Positions 29,219-43,747 of a DNA stretch of 64,000 bases are shown here, piece after piece. Under the pieces are notes generated by a model. It saw only the letters and a program-made list of their open reading frames with translations, had not been told where the DNA came from and made no database searches. Source of the DNA: Eledone cirrhosa (taxonomy: Eukaryota); assembly GCA_964016885.1 (NCBI GenBank), contig OZ024741.1, positions 150,722,001 through 150,786,000 on the forward strand, read 5' to 3'. Made by a program: the position numbers and the translations under genes. Positions within the stretch are counted from its first letter, which is position 1, and the number at the start of each line of letters is the position of its first letter.

Positions 29219-29225
<7 letters not shown>
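28665..29225 (+). mobile_element. ~560-bp CT-rich non-coding element between (AT)n tracts, carrying a rearranged HHR
   Basis: 3' part aligns by eye to the minus strand of the 495-bp unit at 49-51 kb. Confidence 0.7.
29098..29167 (+). ncRNA. Non-circularly permuted hammerhead-like RNA (variant 4, AUA site)
   Basis: UCGC a CCAACC gga GGUAU A UGGUCUU uaaa GCGA u GAA AUACC aaugau GGUUGG AAGAUCA CUGAUGA. Confidence 0.75.
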
Positions 29226-29254
<29 letters not shown>

Positions 29255-29591
29255 GGAAATTTTTGTACACATCTCGGGTGTTGTTTTTCGCTAATTCCAA
29301 AGCCGAAATACGATTCTCGCTAATTTATATATATATATATATATATATAAATTTATAAGATTGAAGAAATTACAGATAAAATTAGCTGAATAAATAGCCA
29401 ATTAAACGGAACTAAGTTTAAAATGTAAGTCTGAAGAAATATATATATATCAGGGCTTTCTTGATGATTTCCTTCGAATGAAACAGTTCTAGTCCCCTAG
29501 AAACCATTTCTATATACATTTGTTGTATACATTCTACTAATGCATTGAGTACCTTACTTACAGTGGTTACCCTCGATTAAACCTAGGACTC

Positions 29592-29701
<110 letters not shown>

Positions 29702-30399
29702 TTGCATGAATATACGAACTTTGCTTTTACAAAAGCAGAGAAATCTAAAAGAAGGCCTTGGAAATTATAGCAGTGCCTCTCCATTGATGGCTGTTAGTGT
29801 TTGAAAATGGCGCAGGAAATGTTTTAAATATTGTATTAACTCTAACGATTACCCGGGAAATTGTTTTGGAAATGAGAACAAAAAAGATTAACATCATCAT
29901 CACCATCATCAATAACAACAGAAAAGAAACACCAACTACAGTAGCAGTAACAGATGTAATAACAACAACAGCAGCAACAGGGGCGCCATCACCACTACCA
30001 TCACCGCGATCTCCTATAACAACAACAGTCCTAGCAGCAGCACTACTAACTTCAATAATAGCCACAAGAATAACAACAGCAACAAAACCAGAAACATTAA
30101 TAGCCATCACCATCAACATCACTTATGACCCCCCCCCCATCATCCACAACCATGCCACCACCACTCGCACCATCATTCCCCACCATCACCACCAACGATC
30201 ACACCCACCAACAGAACCCCCAAGCAACTACAACAACAAAACCAATATCAACAACACCAACAAAACAGTAACTACAGCTGCAGCAGCATTAGAAACAACA
30301 ACAACCACAACAATAATAATACAAAGATACAACAACAATACGATTCCCAAACATCTGGATACTAAGTAACTAAAATTATGAACTGAAACTACTGTGTTG

Positions 30400-30540
30400 A
30401 AAGAAAGAGAGAGTGAGAGAGTGTGAGAGAGAGATTGAAAGAGAAAGTGAGAGAGAGAGAGAGAGTGAGAGCGAGAGAGTGAGAGAGAGAGTGAGAGAGT
30501 CAAGAAAAGAAGAAAGAAAAAGGGAAGGAAAGAGAGAAAA

Positions 30541-30608
<68 letters not shown>

Positions 30609-30701
30609 AGAGAGAGGGGAGGAAAGAGAGAGGGAGGGAAAGAAAGAAAGAGGGAGAAAGAAAGGGAGAGAGATGAAAATATTATTATTATTATAATAAT
30701 A

Positions 30702-30737
<36 letters not shown>

Positions 30738-30745
30738 GTTATTAT
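30400..30745. repeat. (GA)n and (ATT)n microsatellites
   Basis: Direct inspection. Confidence 0.9.
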
Positions 30746-31470
30746 ACAAAGCATTGCAAAGAATTGCAAAGTAGATTTTAATAAAAGCAATCTAATGTGA
30801 TTTGTAAGTTAGAATGCACCGGTGGCAATTGCCGAGATCAATAAATCATATATTTATTCTAGTGCAAAAGTATTGTTGTTTTAAATCGCTCATTTTCAGC
30901 GATAGCTTTCTTGTAAAATCAGCTAGAAAGATAAAAAGAACGAGGACGAATTTGCTTGATAATGTTTAATAGAGATGCGTTCCCAACGAGCTAACATTAT
31001 TATAGTTATTAACGGAAGAAAAGAGCGGACATTGAATTAATAAAGCGTTGAAAACATGGCCGACTACATCCAAATGAAGTTCGGCAGAATTTCTACCAGT
31101 TTCAAGATTACTGCTTTGTACCACCAGAAGGCGCGTAGATTGGTGGTAAGAGTGATCAGCCCACAATCGTAAGATCGTGTGTTATACTTGCAGTAGCGCA
31201 AGACATTTTATTTAATGTTACTCCAGCCAGTTAATTACAAAAAACAAAACAAAAAATAAGATAGAATTACTTGTAATTCAGAGGGCTAGATTTGTCAAAC
31301 ACTGTGTCACGATAAATCTCCTTGTGAACTACGCTAAACCACTTGCACGTCAACTATACATGCAGGCTCTTCCGTTGATCGCAGGAAGTTTATCGTGGGA
31401 AGCGATCGCAGTCTAATGCACACTGAAAATTTGTACGAAACGCACATACATAACACAAACTTGTGCACGC

Positions 31471-31550
<80 letters not shown>

Positions 31551-32549
31551 ACCCCCCCCCACACACACATGCATACACACATAAACACACACACACATAT
31601 AAGTAGTTCAAACACAGAGAAACGATTACATGAGTTCTTATTAGTCTCACTCTTGTTGGAAAAAGAAATGGAACGTCTCAACGTATCGGATGTTAGTCCT
31701 TCATCAGGTAAGAATTAGGTGAAATACGCACTTGGAAGATCGAAGAAAAAAAGTTTTATTAGGATGGGTAATATATATATATATTATAATTCATAAGTTG
31801 TAAAATCATAACAAATTAACTTATTTTGTGTATGTGTGTTAGGGTGTGCGTGCATTTGTGTGTGCGTCTGTGTGTATGTAGTGAAATATGGGTGGATGTG
31901 AAACAAGAAAAAAGAAAACGGTGCTCAATTAGATATGAGAGCTGATATATTATATTATTTATTTATGTTCATACACGGAACAAAAGCGCTACTTAATGTT
32001 TCATGGCCTAATTTTGACCATCTTCCCCGATTGTAAGAGCTAGTCACCAGGTGCTTTGACGAGTTTGTAGATGCAAATATATAGTGCGCTAAACGCTTCT
32101 TTGTGAAAACGTTGTATAACGAAGGGAAATAACTCAAATATGTAAAATTGAAATGGCTATGTTAGTATTCGTGTGTTAGTGGTGTGTGTGCCATAAAGCA
32201 GATGTATGGTATTATGTGGTGGTATGTAATATAGAGATATTTATATTTATTGAGCTATGGAGTTCAGTAGTATAGGAGGTGTACCGTATTGTGTAATTGT
32301 GGAAAAAGAAAAGCTATTAAGAAAGTATAGAATCAATATTAAGGTGGTTGAAACCCAGTTGAATTCATTGAGTGTTTCGACTGAGCAAGGAATTGGCTTT
32401 TGAGATGTAGATATCCTCTAAAAATTTCGTTCTTAGAGTTCAAAAAAAAAAAAAATAACAATTGTTCAGAGACGACAAACCTTGTAATATCCTAAATTTA
32501 TTACTGAGGCAGAGACAACATCTCTCGGTACCGTTGGTATAAAGTCTGG

Positions 32550-33240
32550 ACCTTTATAAAGTCTGAATCTTATGAGGGACACCTTTTTCCTTCAGTGGCC
32601 AAACACTTTTTGCCAGAGCTGTATTGATTCTCATATCAAGGTTCCTGAAAGTGATGTGGCTAAAAACGTTGTTTAAAATGATCTTGCACCATACTCGCAT
32701 ATCTTTCACTAACATCAGAATTTTCTGCGTTGTTGTGTGTAATTTCTGCCTCATACACAATGGATTTGATATTACATTTCTATCGGAGAGGGCAGTTCTC
32801 TTTAATCCTACAAGAGTAACTTGGATTTACGTCGGGTTTATTTTTTGTGGTAATTTTTGATCTCATAGACGGGCCACAGGAATAGAATATCTTGACGGAA
32901 TTGCGATTGAAGATTTTACTGTATATATGTTGTGGTGGGAAATCTCTATCGATTAAATCTAAAAACCTACATTAGTATTGAAAGTGAAAAAGGAGTGCGA
33001 ACCAGATAATTATTTTTCGATTGGCATTTTTAGAATGGTTGGACTGGGACTGATTGGATGTTTACTTAATTCTTTCCTTAAAAACGCTATCTAGGAAGGC
33101 TTATCGAATATCGCCCTGGTTGCTGATAGATTTGAAATCCTACGATTAAAATTAGAAACTAAGTTTTTAAAAACTGTGGGGTGTAGTGGCCTAACGCTTT
33201 ATTGATATATTAAAATTTTTCGTTGGAGTTATGGTATGGT
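32550..33240 (-). pseudogene. Penelope-like GIY-YIG remnant
   Basis: ORF 32554-32760 ..HITFRN..TALAKSVWPLKEKG resembles the GIY-YIG C-terminus of the 43.4 kb and 47.5 kb copies. Confidence 0.6.
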
Positions 33241-33407
33241 TTATACGAAGCTGTGTAGTGCGCTTGTTTTCTTGTCTGTATATACATCTACATGCATGCA
33301 TACATATCTTTATCCATACACATATATACATGTATATGTTTACATACATATATACACGTTTAGATAATATATATATAACGGAATAAACGTATATTAAACT
33401 CTCTTTT

Positions 33408-33461
<54 letters not shown>

Positions 33462-33512
33462 CTCCTGAATGAAACAGTTCTAGTCCTGTAGTAGCTTTTC
33501 TATATTAATATA

Positions 33513-33556
<44 letters not shown>

Positions 33557-33583
33557 CATATATATATGTACACACACACACAC

Positions 33584-33651
<68 letters not shown>

Positions 33652-33799
33652 TATATATATACATTATTCAAGTAAAGAAACATTGGTTAATCAATTAATC
33701 GACCCACTGTAGTGTAAACGGACGTACAGCACTCCACGACTTGGATCCCTTAAAATATTATCAATAATGTGTTAGAATGCAAATATTATAAAGTATGTA

Positions 33800-34110
33800 A
33801 ATATACATACTCTGTTTATTATATAAACCTGCATTTCAAAGACATTAAATCGATTGCACATGACGTGTTTTCATCAGACAGGTTTTAAGTTGTAATGTTT
33901 TTTTGTTTGTTTTTGATAAGCCACCGTATTTACAAGTATTTAGTTGGACTGCTATCATAGCGTTGCAAACTACAGTGGAATATCAAAAACAAAATAACAT
34001 TACAACGTAACACCTGTCTGTTGAAAACAGGGTTATTATGCACTCACTTTGTTGTCTTTGAAATACGTATAACAGGATCATTTAATAAACGAGGATGTAT
34101 ACTTAAAACC
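33800..34110. mobile_element. Degenerate MITE-like inverted repeat
   Basis: TTCAAAGAC..TTTTCATCAGACAGGT..GTTGTAATG mirrored by CATTACAAC..ACCTGTCTGTTGAAAA..GTCTTTGAA. Confidence 0.6.
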
Positions 34111-34127
34111 GTCTCTCTTCTATACTT

Positions 34128-34158
<31 letters not shown>

Positions 34159-34163
34159 TAGCC

Positions 34164-34210
<47 letters not shown>

Positions 34211-35834
34211 TTAGCCCCTTATCCGCTAGGAAAAAAGCTCGTTGATGAAGTAAACTCCGTTCCTCTTACTCTAGTAGGCTTTTATATTTATATGTGAGCT
34301 GATAGAGTAGTCTAAGGATTTACAGAAACCCAAGAAGCTAGATTTAACACCTTTCTAGTGGGTCCGGGTATGATTTTACATTCATTTAAATTATTGATGT
34401 ATTGTTTTATTGATATTTTTTATCTGTTTGTCCCGAATCTTCTATTATCGATTTTTTATCGTATGGTTGATTGTAGACTTGTTCTATGTGTGACGGTATT
34501 TTAACGATAGTTATAGCTCTGATTCAATTGAATTATTGAGCCCTCTGCCGCTCATTTCAAATATTGTTTATCGTGAACTCGTGCGCCGATTTTTCGATAC
34601 TCGATCTTTCTAATATTTTTAGCTCTGGACTTAGCTATCCACCAGTTAATTTTGTTGCTCATTTTTTGTCGATTCTATTGAGTGATGAATAGCTTTTGTT
34701 TTATTTTAACATGTCTATTGAGCACTCTTATTCGATATGTGTATTTCCACATTTCCTCGAATAGTTTTCGCGGATGTAGAGGTTATCTCCCTTGTGGAAT
34801 GCCATGTGCGTTTTTCACTGGTGGTTAGCCCCTTATCCGCTAGGAAAAAAGCTCGTTGATGAAGTAAACTCCGTTCCTCTTACTCTAGTAGGCTTTTATA
34901 TTTATATGTGAGCTGATAGAGTAGTCTAAGGATTTACAGAAACCCAAGAAGCTAGATTTAACACCTTTCTAGTGGGTCCGGGTATGATTTTACATTCATT
35001 TAAATTATTGATGTATTGTTTTATTGATATTTTTTATCTGTTTGTCCCGAATCTTCTATTATCGATTTTTTATCGTATGGTTGATTGTAGACTTGTTCTA
35101 TGTGTGACGGTATTTTAACGATAGTTATAGCTCTGATTCAATTGAATTATTGAGCCCTCTGCCGCTCATTTCGAATATTGTTTATCGTGAACTCGTGCGC
35201 CGATTTTTCGATACTCGATCTTTCTAATATTTTTAGCTCTGGACTTAGCTATCCACCAGTTAATTTTGTTGCTCATTTTTTGTCGATTCTATTGAGTGAT
35301 GAATAGCTTTTGTTTTATTTTAACATGTCTATTGAGCACTCTTATTCGATATGTGTATTTCCACATTTCCTCGAATAGTTTTCGCGGATGTAGAGGTTAT
35401 CTCCCTTGTGGAATGCCATGTGCGTTTTTCACTGGTGGTTAGCCCCTTATACGCTAGGAAAAAAGCTCGTTGATGAAGTAAACTCCGTTCCTCTTACTCT
35501 AGTAGGCTTTTATATTTATATGTGAGCTGATAGAGTAGTCTAAGGATTTACAGAAACCCAAGAAGCTAGATTTAACACCTTTCTAGTGGGTCCGGGTATG
35601 ATTTTACATTCATTTAAATTATTGATGTATTGTTTTATTGATATTTTTTATCTGTTTGTCCCGAATCTTCTATTATCGATTTTTTATCGTATGGTTGATT
35701 GTAGACTTGTTCAATGTGTGACGGTATTTTAACGATAGTTATAGCTCTGATTCAATTGAATTATTGAGCCCTCTGCCGCTCATTTCGAATATTGTTTATC
35801 GTGAACTCGTGCGCCGATTTTTCGATACTCGATC

Positions 35835-35843
<9 letters not shown>
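34211..35843. repeat. 614-bp tandem array (~2.7 near-identical units) flanked by (AT)n
   Basis: TTAGCCCCTTAT at 34211, 34825 and 35439. Confidence 0.95.
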
Positions 35844-35897
<54 letters not shown>

Positions 35898-36455
35898 TGT
35901 ACATATATATAAATACACACACACACGCACATTATATATATATAAATGTGTGTTTTTATATCTATATTTCATGTGTGTGTCTGATATAGAACATTGGTAA
36001 CAAACCAAGTGATAGACTTAATCTAGAGTAAGTGCAGTGATCTTTAATAAAATAAAGCAGTTTGTGCCATTCACAAATCTTGTCGGCGCTCACCAAAATT
36101 TAATCTCGTGTAAAATGCTAAGCATTACAGATGTTGCTTTTCGTTGATTATACACGTATGACAACAAGAACAAGAACAACAACAGCAACAACTACAACCC
36201 CCAAAGAACAATGCAAATGATGACGATAACATACTGACAGACAACCAGGAGATATGCCACATACTAACACATATACGTGCACACATATGCGCACACACAT
36301 ACGCGCACGCACACGCAGGCAGACATAGGCTAGCGCGTGCTCACACACACGCATGTATACGCACACGCGTACCCACACACGCATGCATACTCACAGTTTC
36401 TATCTCTCTCTTTCAAATACACTTGCATCCGCTGAAATATACACAGTTACAGTCA

Positions 36456-36511
<56 letters not shown>

Positions 36512-36565
36512 TACATATATATGTATATAGATATGTATGTGTAAATATATATATTCATATATACT

Positions 36566-36618
<53 letters not shown>

Positions 36619-37194
36619 AATAAAGATTCAGCGAGAATCGCATTTTCGGCGGGCAGGAAAAGCGAAGCGAAACCCCCAAATCAGAAATAATACTGGCAAA
36701 GTGCTCAATAGTTAAAAACAAGAGCTAAACAATGTGTTAAGAAGCTATTAAAAACTGAAAAGGTGGTCAAGAAAGCATTAACCACCCAAGCCACAAACCA
36801 AATCAAGCTAAGCAGGTCAAAACAAAATAAATGATAAAAAATAAGTGATAACCATTATATATTTATTTATATATATATATGAATGCTTGCTGCATAGCAT
36901 ACACACTTACGTGCTGCGTAATGAGAACAGTGATAGATAACTAGTTAGAATCAAATAAATATAGAGGTCAATGGGAAGTGAGTCTGATATGTAGCCTAAC
37001 GTTGATAACTCCGCACATGTTTTTGCCTCATACGATCTCGCCATTAAGTGCAACATGTAACAAAGAATAAAAGAAATATGATCATTTTTAGTGTCTCAAC
37101 TGTTAGTAGATAAATAGTTTAGTGGTTTATTGGGTTATTTACTCCGGTAAATACCACTGCATGCCAACCATAATTTAATTTGAAAGAAGATATA

Positions 37195-37299
37195 GGAAGT
37201 ATCTAGAGTTACTTCCCGTAGAATTTATTTTATAATACCTGGAACGGAAGTTCAAGGAATGTTCTAGAAATTCTACGGGAAGTAACTCTAGCTACTTCC
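37195..37299. repeat. Hairpin with ~32-bp arms
   Basis: GGAAGTATCTAGAGTTACTTCCCGTAGAATTT / AAATTCTACGGGAAGTAACTCTAGCTACTTCC. Confidence 0.85.
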
Positions 37300-38334
37300 C
37301 TTTGTCTAGAGAGCGCTACAATAGCTTATTCTAAAATATGGCTACTAAGACTTAAGAATAAACAACTATACAACAAACGTTTTAATGCCCTTTCTCCCGC
37401 TAAAATAAGGATTAGATTTGCAGGTCTACGGCAGGCTTTCTATCTTGGAGTCGTCTTTGAGGTAACGTTTTATAGCCGGATGCCTATCTCGGCGCCTATC
37501 CTTTTAGTTGACTTTTTCGAAATGTTGGAATACGGTTTATCTATTCTGAAACTGATGTACACTGCGTAAAAATCCACTACCGACAACATACTAAAATGGA
37601 AGATAAAATATTTGATGAAGTAAAAAAAAAAAAAAAAATCAATGAATTCAAATTTCAACACCTGAGACAAGAACAATCATCATATAACTGAGTAATTCTG
37701 AAGATAAATTGCAGGGGAGACAAACCTCGAATTCTAATTACAAAAATTTAATTAAATTTCTTCACTTACTAAATCAAATGTGTTAGTAATCATTCTGTGG
37801 TTAATGTTTGAAGTCGCTGATGTCTGTAGGTATTTTTCGCACACTCATGTTTTTTAAGCTATAACAACACTGTTAATTCACCAACATTCTAGTCATGTAA
37901 TATCTGTAGTAAACGTTAGACTATATTTCGCTGATGAGTTCTGATGAGACCAAAAGACGCCGATAGTTGTCACCTGCTGCTAAATATGTATTCCTTACAG
38001 TATTGCATGCTTGGGAAAAGAGCCGATCGATAAATCGGGTCAAGGAAACTATGTGCCCTTTTGGTCTTTCCATTGTTGATACTATCTGCCGGTCGAAACT
38101 CCAGACAGAAGGAGACGAGATTTGAACTCAGAACACACAGGGACGTCTCAGACCTTGCGAATAATCCTGTCCAATCTTTTAACATTTCCATTAATCCATC
38201 GCATCCGTTGTATTGTCATTTTATTTATGGAAATCGATCGAAAGAACGAAAGAGAAAGTTGGCTTCAGCGTGATTTGATATATGACTGTCTAATGGATCT
38301 GTCAATTCAACATTAATTTATTTTTGTAAGGGTA

Positions 38335-38862
38335 GTGGCAGCTGCAAATTGGCAGAGTTGTTAGAACGTCGGATAGAATGCTCTGAAGTATTCGTTCTCA
38401 CTCTCAACTCTCTGAGTTCAAATCCAGCTGACGTCAACTTTGCCTGTAATCCATTCAAGGTCGATAAAAAAGTACTAGTCTTGCACTGGGGTCGATTCTT
38501 CCTCTAATTCTCTTTCCCACTTTCCATTTCTCTGGAAGAAATTTGCTGTATTCAGACCTGGAGATGAGATGGACTCCGCCTGATTTAAAAATACCCTAGA
38601 AACGTTGTATGCCAATACGGCGCCCCTACAACCCCATCAGGCGTTACGGGAACATACAGACAGACATACAAGTGTAGTGGATCGGAAGAATTGGTCGAGA
38701 GTCACCATTGTAGTATCTGTCCTGGTTTGTGAGTTCAAATACCGCCAATGTCAACTTTGCCTTTCAACCTTTCAGGGTCGACAAAGTAAAGTACCAGTCA
38801 AATACTGGGGGCAGTTTAATCAAATTTGCCCGTCCTTTAGACCTTGTGCCTGAATTAGAATT
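38335..38862 (+). mobile_element. Two copies of the abundant tRNA-derived SINE
   Basis: TGGCAGAGTTG..GAGTTCAAAT..CAACTTTGCC..GGTCGA..AAGTAC.AGT. Confidence 0.75.
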
Positions 38863-38886
38863 CAATATATGAAAATACACACATGC

Positions 38887-38929
<43 letters not shown>

Positions 38930-39016
38930 GTATATGTATGTATATGTATGTGCGTGTATGTGTTTGTGCATGTGTGTATTTTAATATATTGATTTCTAAT
39001 TTTAATATATATATAC

Positions 39017-39047
<31 letters not shown>

Positions 39048-39048
39048 G

Positions 39049-39082
<34 letters not shown>

Positions 39083-39381
39083 ATGCGTGCGTGTGTGTAC
39101 ATACATGCAGAAATGGCTACGTCTATCTAATTACTTTAGTCTAGAGAATTGTTCAAAATCCAATGAAACCATTAACACATTACAATTGCAATTGCTGGAG
39201 GTCAGCTGATAATATGGGATTGACTCAAGATTGATATGAGATACACACAGACACACACACGCTCACGTGTGAGCACACACAAGCTGACACACGCATCGAT
39301 ATATACAACTTATACACATAATTATCATTAACAGATTAAAGTTAAATTCGTAATATAAGGTATGTGTATGTGATTTGTTGC

Positions 39382-39735
<354 letters not shown>

Positions 39736-39841
39736 CCAATATATCCATCCACTGGGCTTCCGCAGAGTTTCTGTAAATAGAAGTGCGACTGAATTCAAAA
39801 ACGGAAGAAAAAAAAAAAAAAAAATCAATACGTTCTGTACA

Positions 39842-39880
<39 letters not shown>

Positions 39881-40353
39881 GACACATACGTACACACATA
39901 CATACACATGCACATACATATTAGGATATATATGCACGCGTGTCATTACACATAAATACTCACACAAACACATCTATATAACTATGTAAATGGTGAAATC
40001 TGTCTGCAATCCGTAGGTTATTGTTCAGTCTCTCCCTCTTTATCCCTCCCCTCTCTCTCTCTCTTTATATATATAATATTTCTATATCTATATATCTATA
40101 TATATATATATATTTATATATCTATATCTATCTATCTATATACATACGTATACACCACCATTTAAATGCGCATATAGATATAACAGTTGCATATATATCT
40201 TTAATCTCCTTGAGTGCTTAATGTTACACAATTTAAATCTATCGATCTATTAATCAATTAATCACTCTATCTACACACCTATATATCTAAGTGTCTTACT
40301 ATTTATCTATCTATCTATCTACATATAGATACAAGTTTTTTGTTTATGTATAT

Positions 40354-40386
<33 letters not shown>

Positions 40387-40750
40387 TATATTCATACATA
40401 TAGTTATACAAGTTATAGTTTATTCACTGTCATTCTCTTTTTTCCTGTTTCCTTTTTTCTTCCTTTTTTAAATATATTTAAAAATATATTATGCTATTCT
40501 TGTATATGTCTACTCTTCTTCCCATTTACAAACCTACCCACCTTATAAGATCTTAAATAATACAAGTGGTCATTCTGTTTTGATAATTTGTTGTCCACGG
40601 AGTTTAAAATCTTTCACTGTATTTGAATTCGATTTTTCTCGAATGAATATTGGGAATAGCTGCGTCAAGACAAACTCCAATGAAACATGTAAATGCTTGA
40701 AATAAATCCTACTGTATTGCTAATCTGTGTAAATCTATCTTTATTTATCT

Positions 40751-40799
<49 letters not shown>

Positions 40800-40819
40800 A
40801 ATATATATATATATAATAT

Positions 40820-41456
40820 AATGGGGGACAAGTTCAAGTATTTCGGGCGGTGATCGTGAGTGATGGAAAGTAAGAGGCTGAATTAAGTGTAAGAATTGCA
40901 GGAGCTGGTGCAGTAATGCGACAGATTCAGCATTCGGTAATCAGAAGAAGGAGGTAGGTATAAAGGCCAACCTCACTATCTTCATTTCGATATTCATGCC
41001 AAACCTTACCTACGAGCATGAATCTTGAGTAATGACCGAAAGAATACGATCAGGAATACAAGCGGCCCAAGTGGAGTTCCTCCGAATGGTCTTTAGAGTA
41101 ATGTGACTCGATAAACTGTGTAGCCCGGAGATCAGGGAGTCAATCCAGGTAGAGCCGCTACTTCTCGGAATTCAAATATCACAGCTCAAATACTATGGGC
41201 ATGTGATTAGAATGTCTCAGGAAAGAATCACTGGACAGATTTTGCGCGCAGTGACAACCGGCATATGACCCAGGAGTAGACCCCGAGTAAGATGGTTGGA
41301 TAACATCTATGGGCTTGGCTGGTCTCGCTTGGGGATTCAGCCAGAGAAGAAGAAGAAGAAGAAGAAGAAGAAGAAGAAGAAGAAGAAGAAGAAGAAGAAG
41401 AAGAAGAAGAAGAAGAAGAAGAAGAAGAAGAAGAAGAAGAAGAAGAAGAAGAAGAA
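40820..41456 (+). mobile_element. 3' fragment of an RTE-clade LINE ending in (GAA)n
   Basis: Manual translation DKFKY.G...DGK..AELSVRIAGA...IFMPNLTY.HES...RIQAA..EFLR...QLKYYGHVIRM...RPRVRWLDNI. Confidence 0.75.
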
Positions 41457-42315
41457 TTTGTGTATATGAAGGTATTAACGACATATTTTGTATAATAGTT
41501 GCCATATTACAGTAGTATGGCTACTATGCTAGCATCCATATAATAATGCCTGACATGTTTTTTGATTTTTATCCGTCTCAGTGGAGTTCACTCACTCGCC
41601 ACTTAGACAAGAATTATAGTTTATATGCTTTTTTCAAACAATTATGAACCACGCTGTATTAGTGTTACTGCCATTGTGTATATATATTCTCTGTAATTAA
41701 TGTGTTGTAAACGAATTGAATATTTTGCCATTGACTCCATTGACTGAAATAAAACTTCTATTAATCATCTCCTTTAATCACAAGAATATATGTTTCAACA
41801 CACACATTAAAATGAGACGAAACTTAATTGATAATCATATATTTAAAAATAAGTGTTGATAAGATGTTAATTTGTAATTATAACAGGGAATCTGTGAATG
41901 TTAACAGGGACTCTGATAGTCAGCACTGAAGATAAATCGTTGATGGATGTCATTTTATATTACAGTGAAACTATAGTGAAATGGCCAACTGACATCTTCA
42001 ATGATAATAATACAGAATACACTGTGGAATGTATATCAGTCCGAACCTTGAAATATGTAAACTATATCAGTGAAATAATTGTTTCTACTTTAGGCACAGT
42101 GAAATAACATGGAATAGATATCATTGATAACGATATGGAATATCAGACTAAAACCTGCATATTGATGCTATTTTCGTGATTTACTGACATTGTTTTTCAG
42201 GATGAATATTTAGCATTGTATTTTGATAAATGAAGAGAGAGAGGAGGAGAGGGTGAGAAAGAGAGGGAGAGAGTGTGGGAAAGAGAGAAAGAGTGAGAGA
42301 GAAAGGAGAACAAGT

Positions 42316-42359
<44 letters not shown>

Positions 42360-42439
42360 AAAGAGGGATAGAGAATAATAAAGAGAGAAGGGGAGATACA
42401 CACACACACACAAACACGCACACATATATATATATATAA

Positions 42440-42612
42440 TTGTTTCTACGTTTGTACAACGCCAGCAATAACCCCAGTGCATTACTGGTATTTTATTTTA
42501 TCGACCCTGTAAGGATGAAAGGCGAAGTTAACCTCGGCAGGATTTGAACTCAGATTGTAAAGGGACCGTAACTCTATGCTACAAAGCATGGTGTCCGACC
42601 TCTACCGATTTG
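42440..42612 (-). mobile_element. SINE copy
   Basis: TTTATCGACCCTGTAAGGATGAAAGGC..GGATTTGAACTCAGA. Confidence 0.8.
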
Positions 42613-42749
42613 CTTGAAGCATTGTATATAATATATTATATAATTTGGAAAGTGATATCAGGGTAAACCATGCAAAATGGATGATAAGATGAAGGTAGCG
42701 AAAAGGTTAATTACCAGGTAATCTTTGTTTTGTTTTTGTTACTGTTGTC

Positions 42750-42858
<109 letters not shown>

Positions 42859-43315
42859 AAAGTTTTATTTAAAATTGTTGGGATACAACAACTAAATATT
42901 TTATAACTGATATAAAGCACTCGACAAGTTTTTGGAGTAGATATACGATATTAAATAAATGGAAACTATATTTATAAAACCATATTTATTTCATTATACA
43001 TATTTCAGGGATACCAAATTAAAATATGGTATGCCTTCATCAGACAAAATACAATATATAAACAGTTTTATAAATAATTTTGACGTACCCTATTAGAATC
43101 GACCATTACTTTTGGAAGCTGTCTGGATAGTGATATGTTTATAATTATTTTATTAGTTGTAGTGTTAAACACAGTTAGAAAAAAGACGGAGAGAAAAGAA
43201 AAACGGAGATAAAGAGGGAGAGAGAGAAAAAAGAAGGAGAGAGAGAAAAGGAAGATATATATAAAAATAGATAGGAGGAAATGAAAAAGAAAGAAAGAAG
43301 AAAGAAATACGAAAT

Positions 43316-43747
43316 AACTGTAACTGTAGAAATAAATCTAACTGTCCGTTAAATAACAACTGCTTAGCTAAAAATATAGTGTACAATTGTAATGTTAAAA
43401 CTAATTTAAATTCTTTTAACTATATTGGTTCCACCTCGACAGAATTTAAACTTCGCTTCAATAATCATAAGAATTCTTTCACAGATCCAAACAAAAAATC
43501 CTCAACTTCGCTATCTAGCCTACTCTGGCACCTTAAACGAGATAATGTTAAATATTCGATGATTTGGAATATTGTCTCAAAAGGGATTCCTTTTAATTCC
43601 TCATCAGAGAATTGTGATCTTTGTGTAAAGGAAATATTCTTTATATTAAAGTCCAAAAATTCCCTTAATTTAAGGAGCAATTTATTCAGTTGCTGCAGAC
43701 ATAGATTGAACTCAACGTTTAAATATAAATATAAATTTAAAATGTAG
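43316..43747 (+). CDS. GIY-YIG endonuclease domain of a PLE (no native start codon)
   Basis: CNCRNKSNCPLNNNCLAKNIVY..YIGST.TEFKLRFNNHKNSF..LSSLLWHLK..CDLC.KE..LN.RS..CCRH. Confidence 0.85.
   Translation, partial: NCNCRNKSNCPLNNNCLAKNIVYNCNVKTNLNSFNYIGSTSTEFKLRFNNHKNSFTDPNKKSSTSLSSLLWHLKRDNVKYSMIWNIVSKGIPFNSSSENCDLCVKEIFFILKSKNSLNLRSNLFSCCRHRLNSTFKYKYKFKM

Noticed and set aside
29452-29500. TTGATGA..GAAACAGTTCTAGTC hammerhead-like motif (partial copy near 33470)
   Set aside because: Core substitution and displaced stem I; at most a decayed copy
29745-30790. Thr/Asn-rich and other short ORFs here and across the microsatellites
   Set aside because: Low-complexity translations with no domain signal
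31665-31712. Minus-strand CUGAUGA-AGGA..UCC-GAUAC
   Set aside because: GAAA is mutated and there is no stem I pairing
37931-37965. Two adjacent CTGATGAG motifs
   Set aside because: No GAAA or NUH partner
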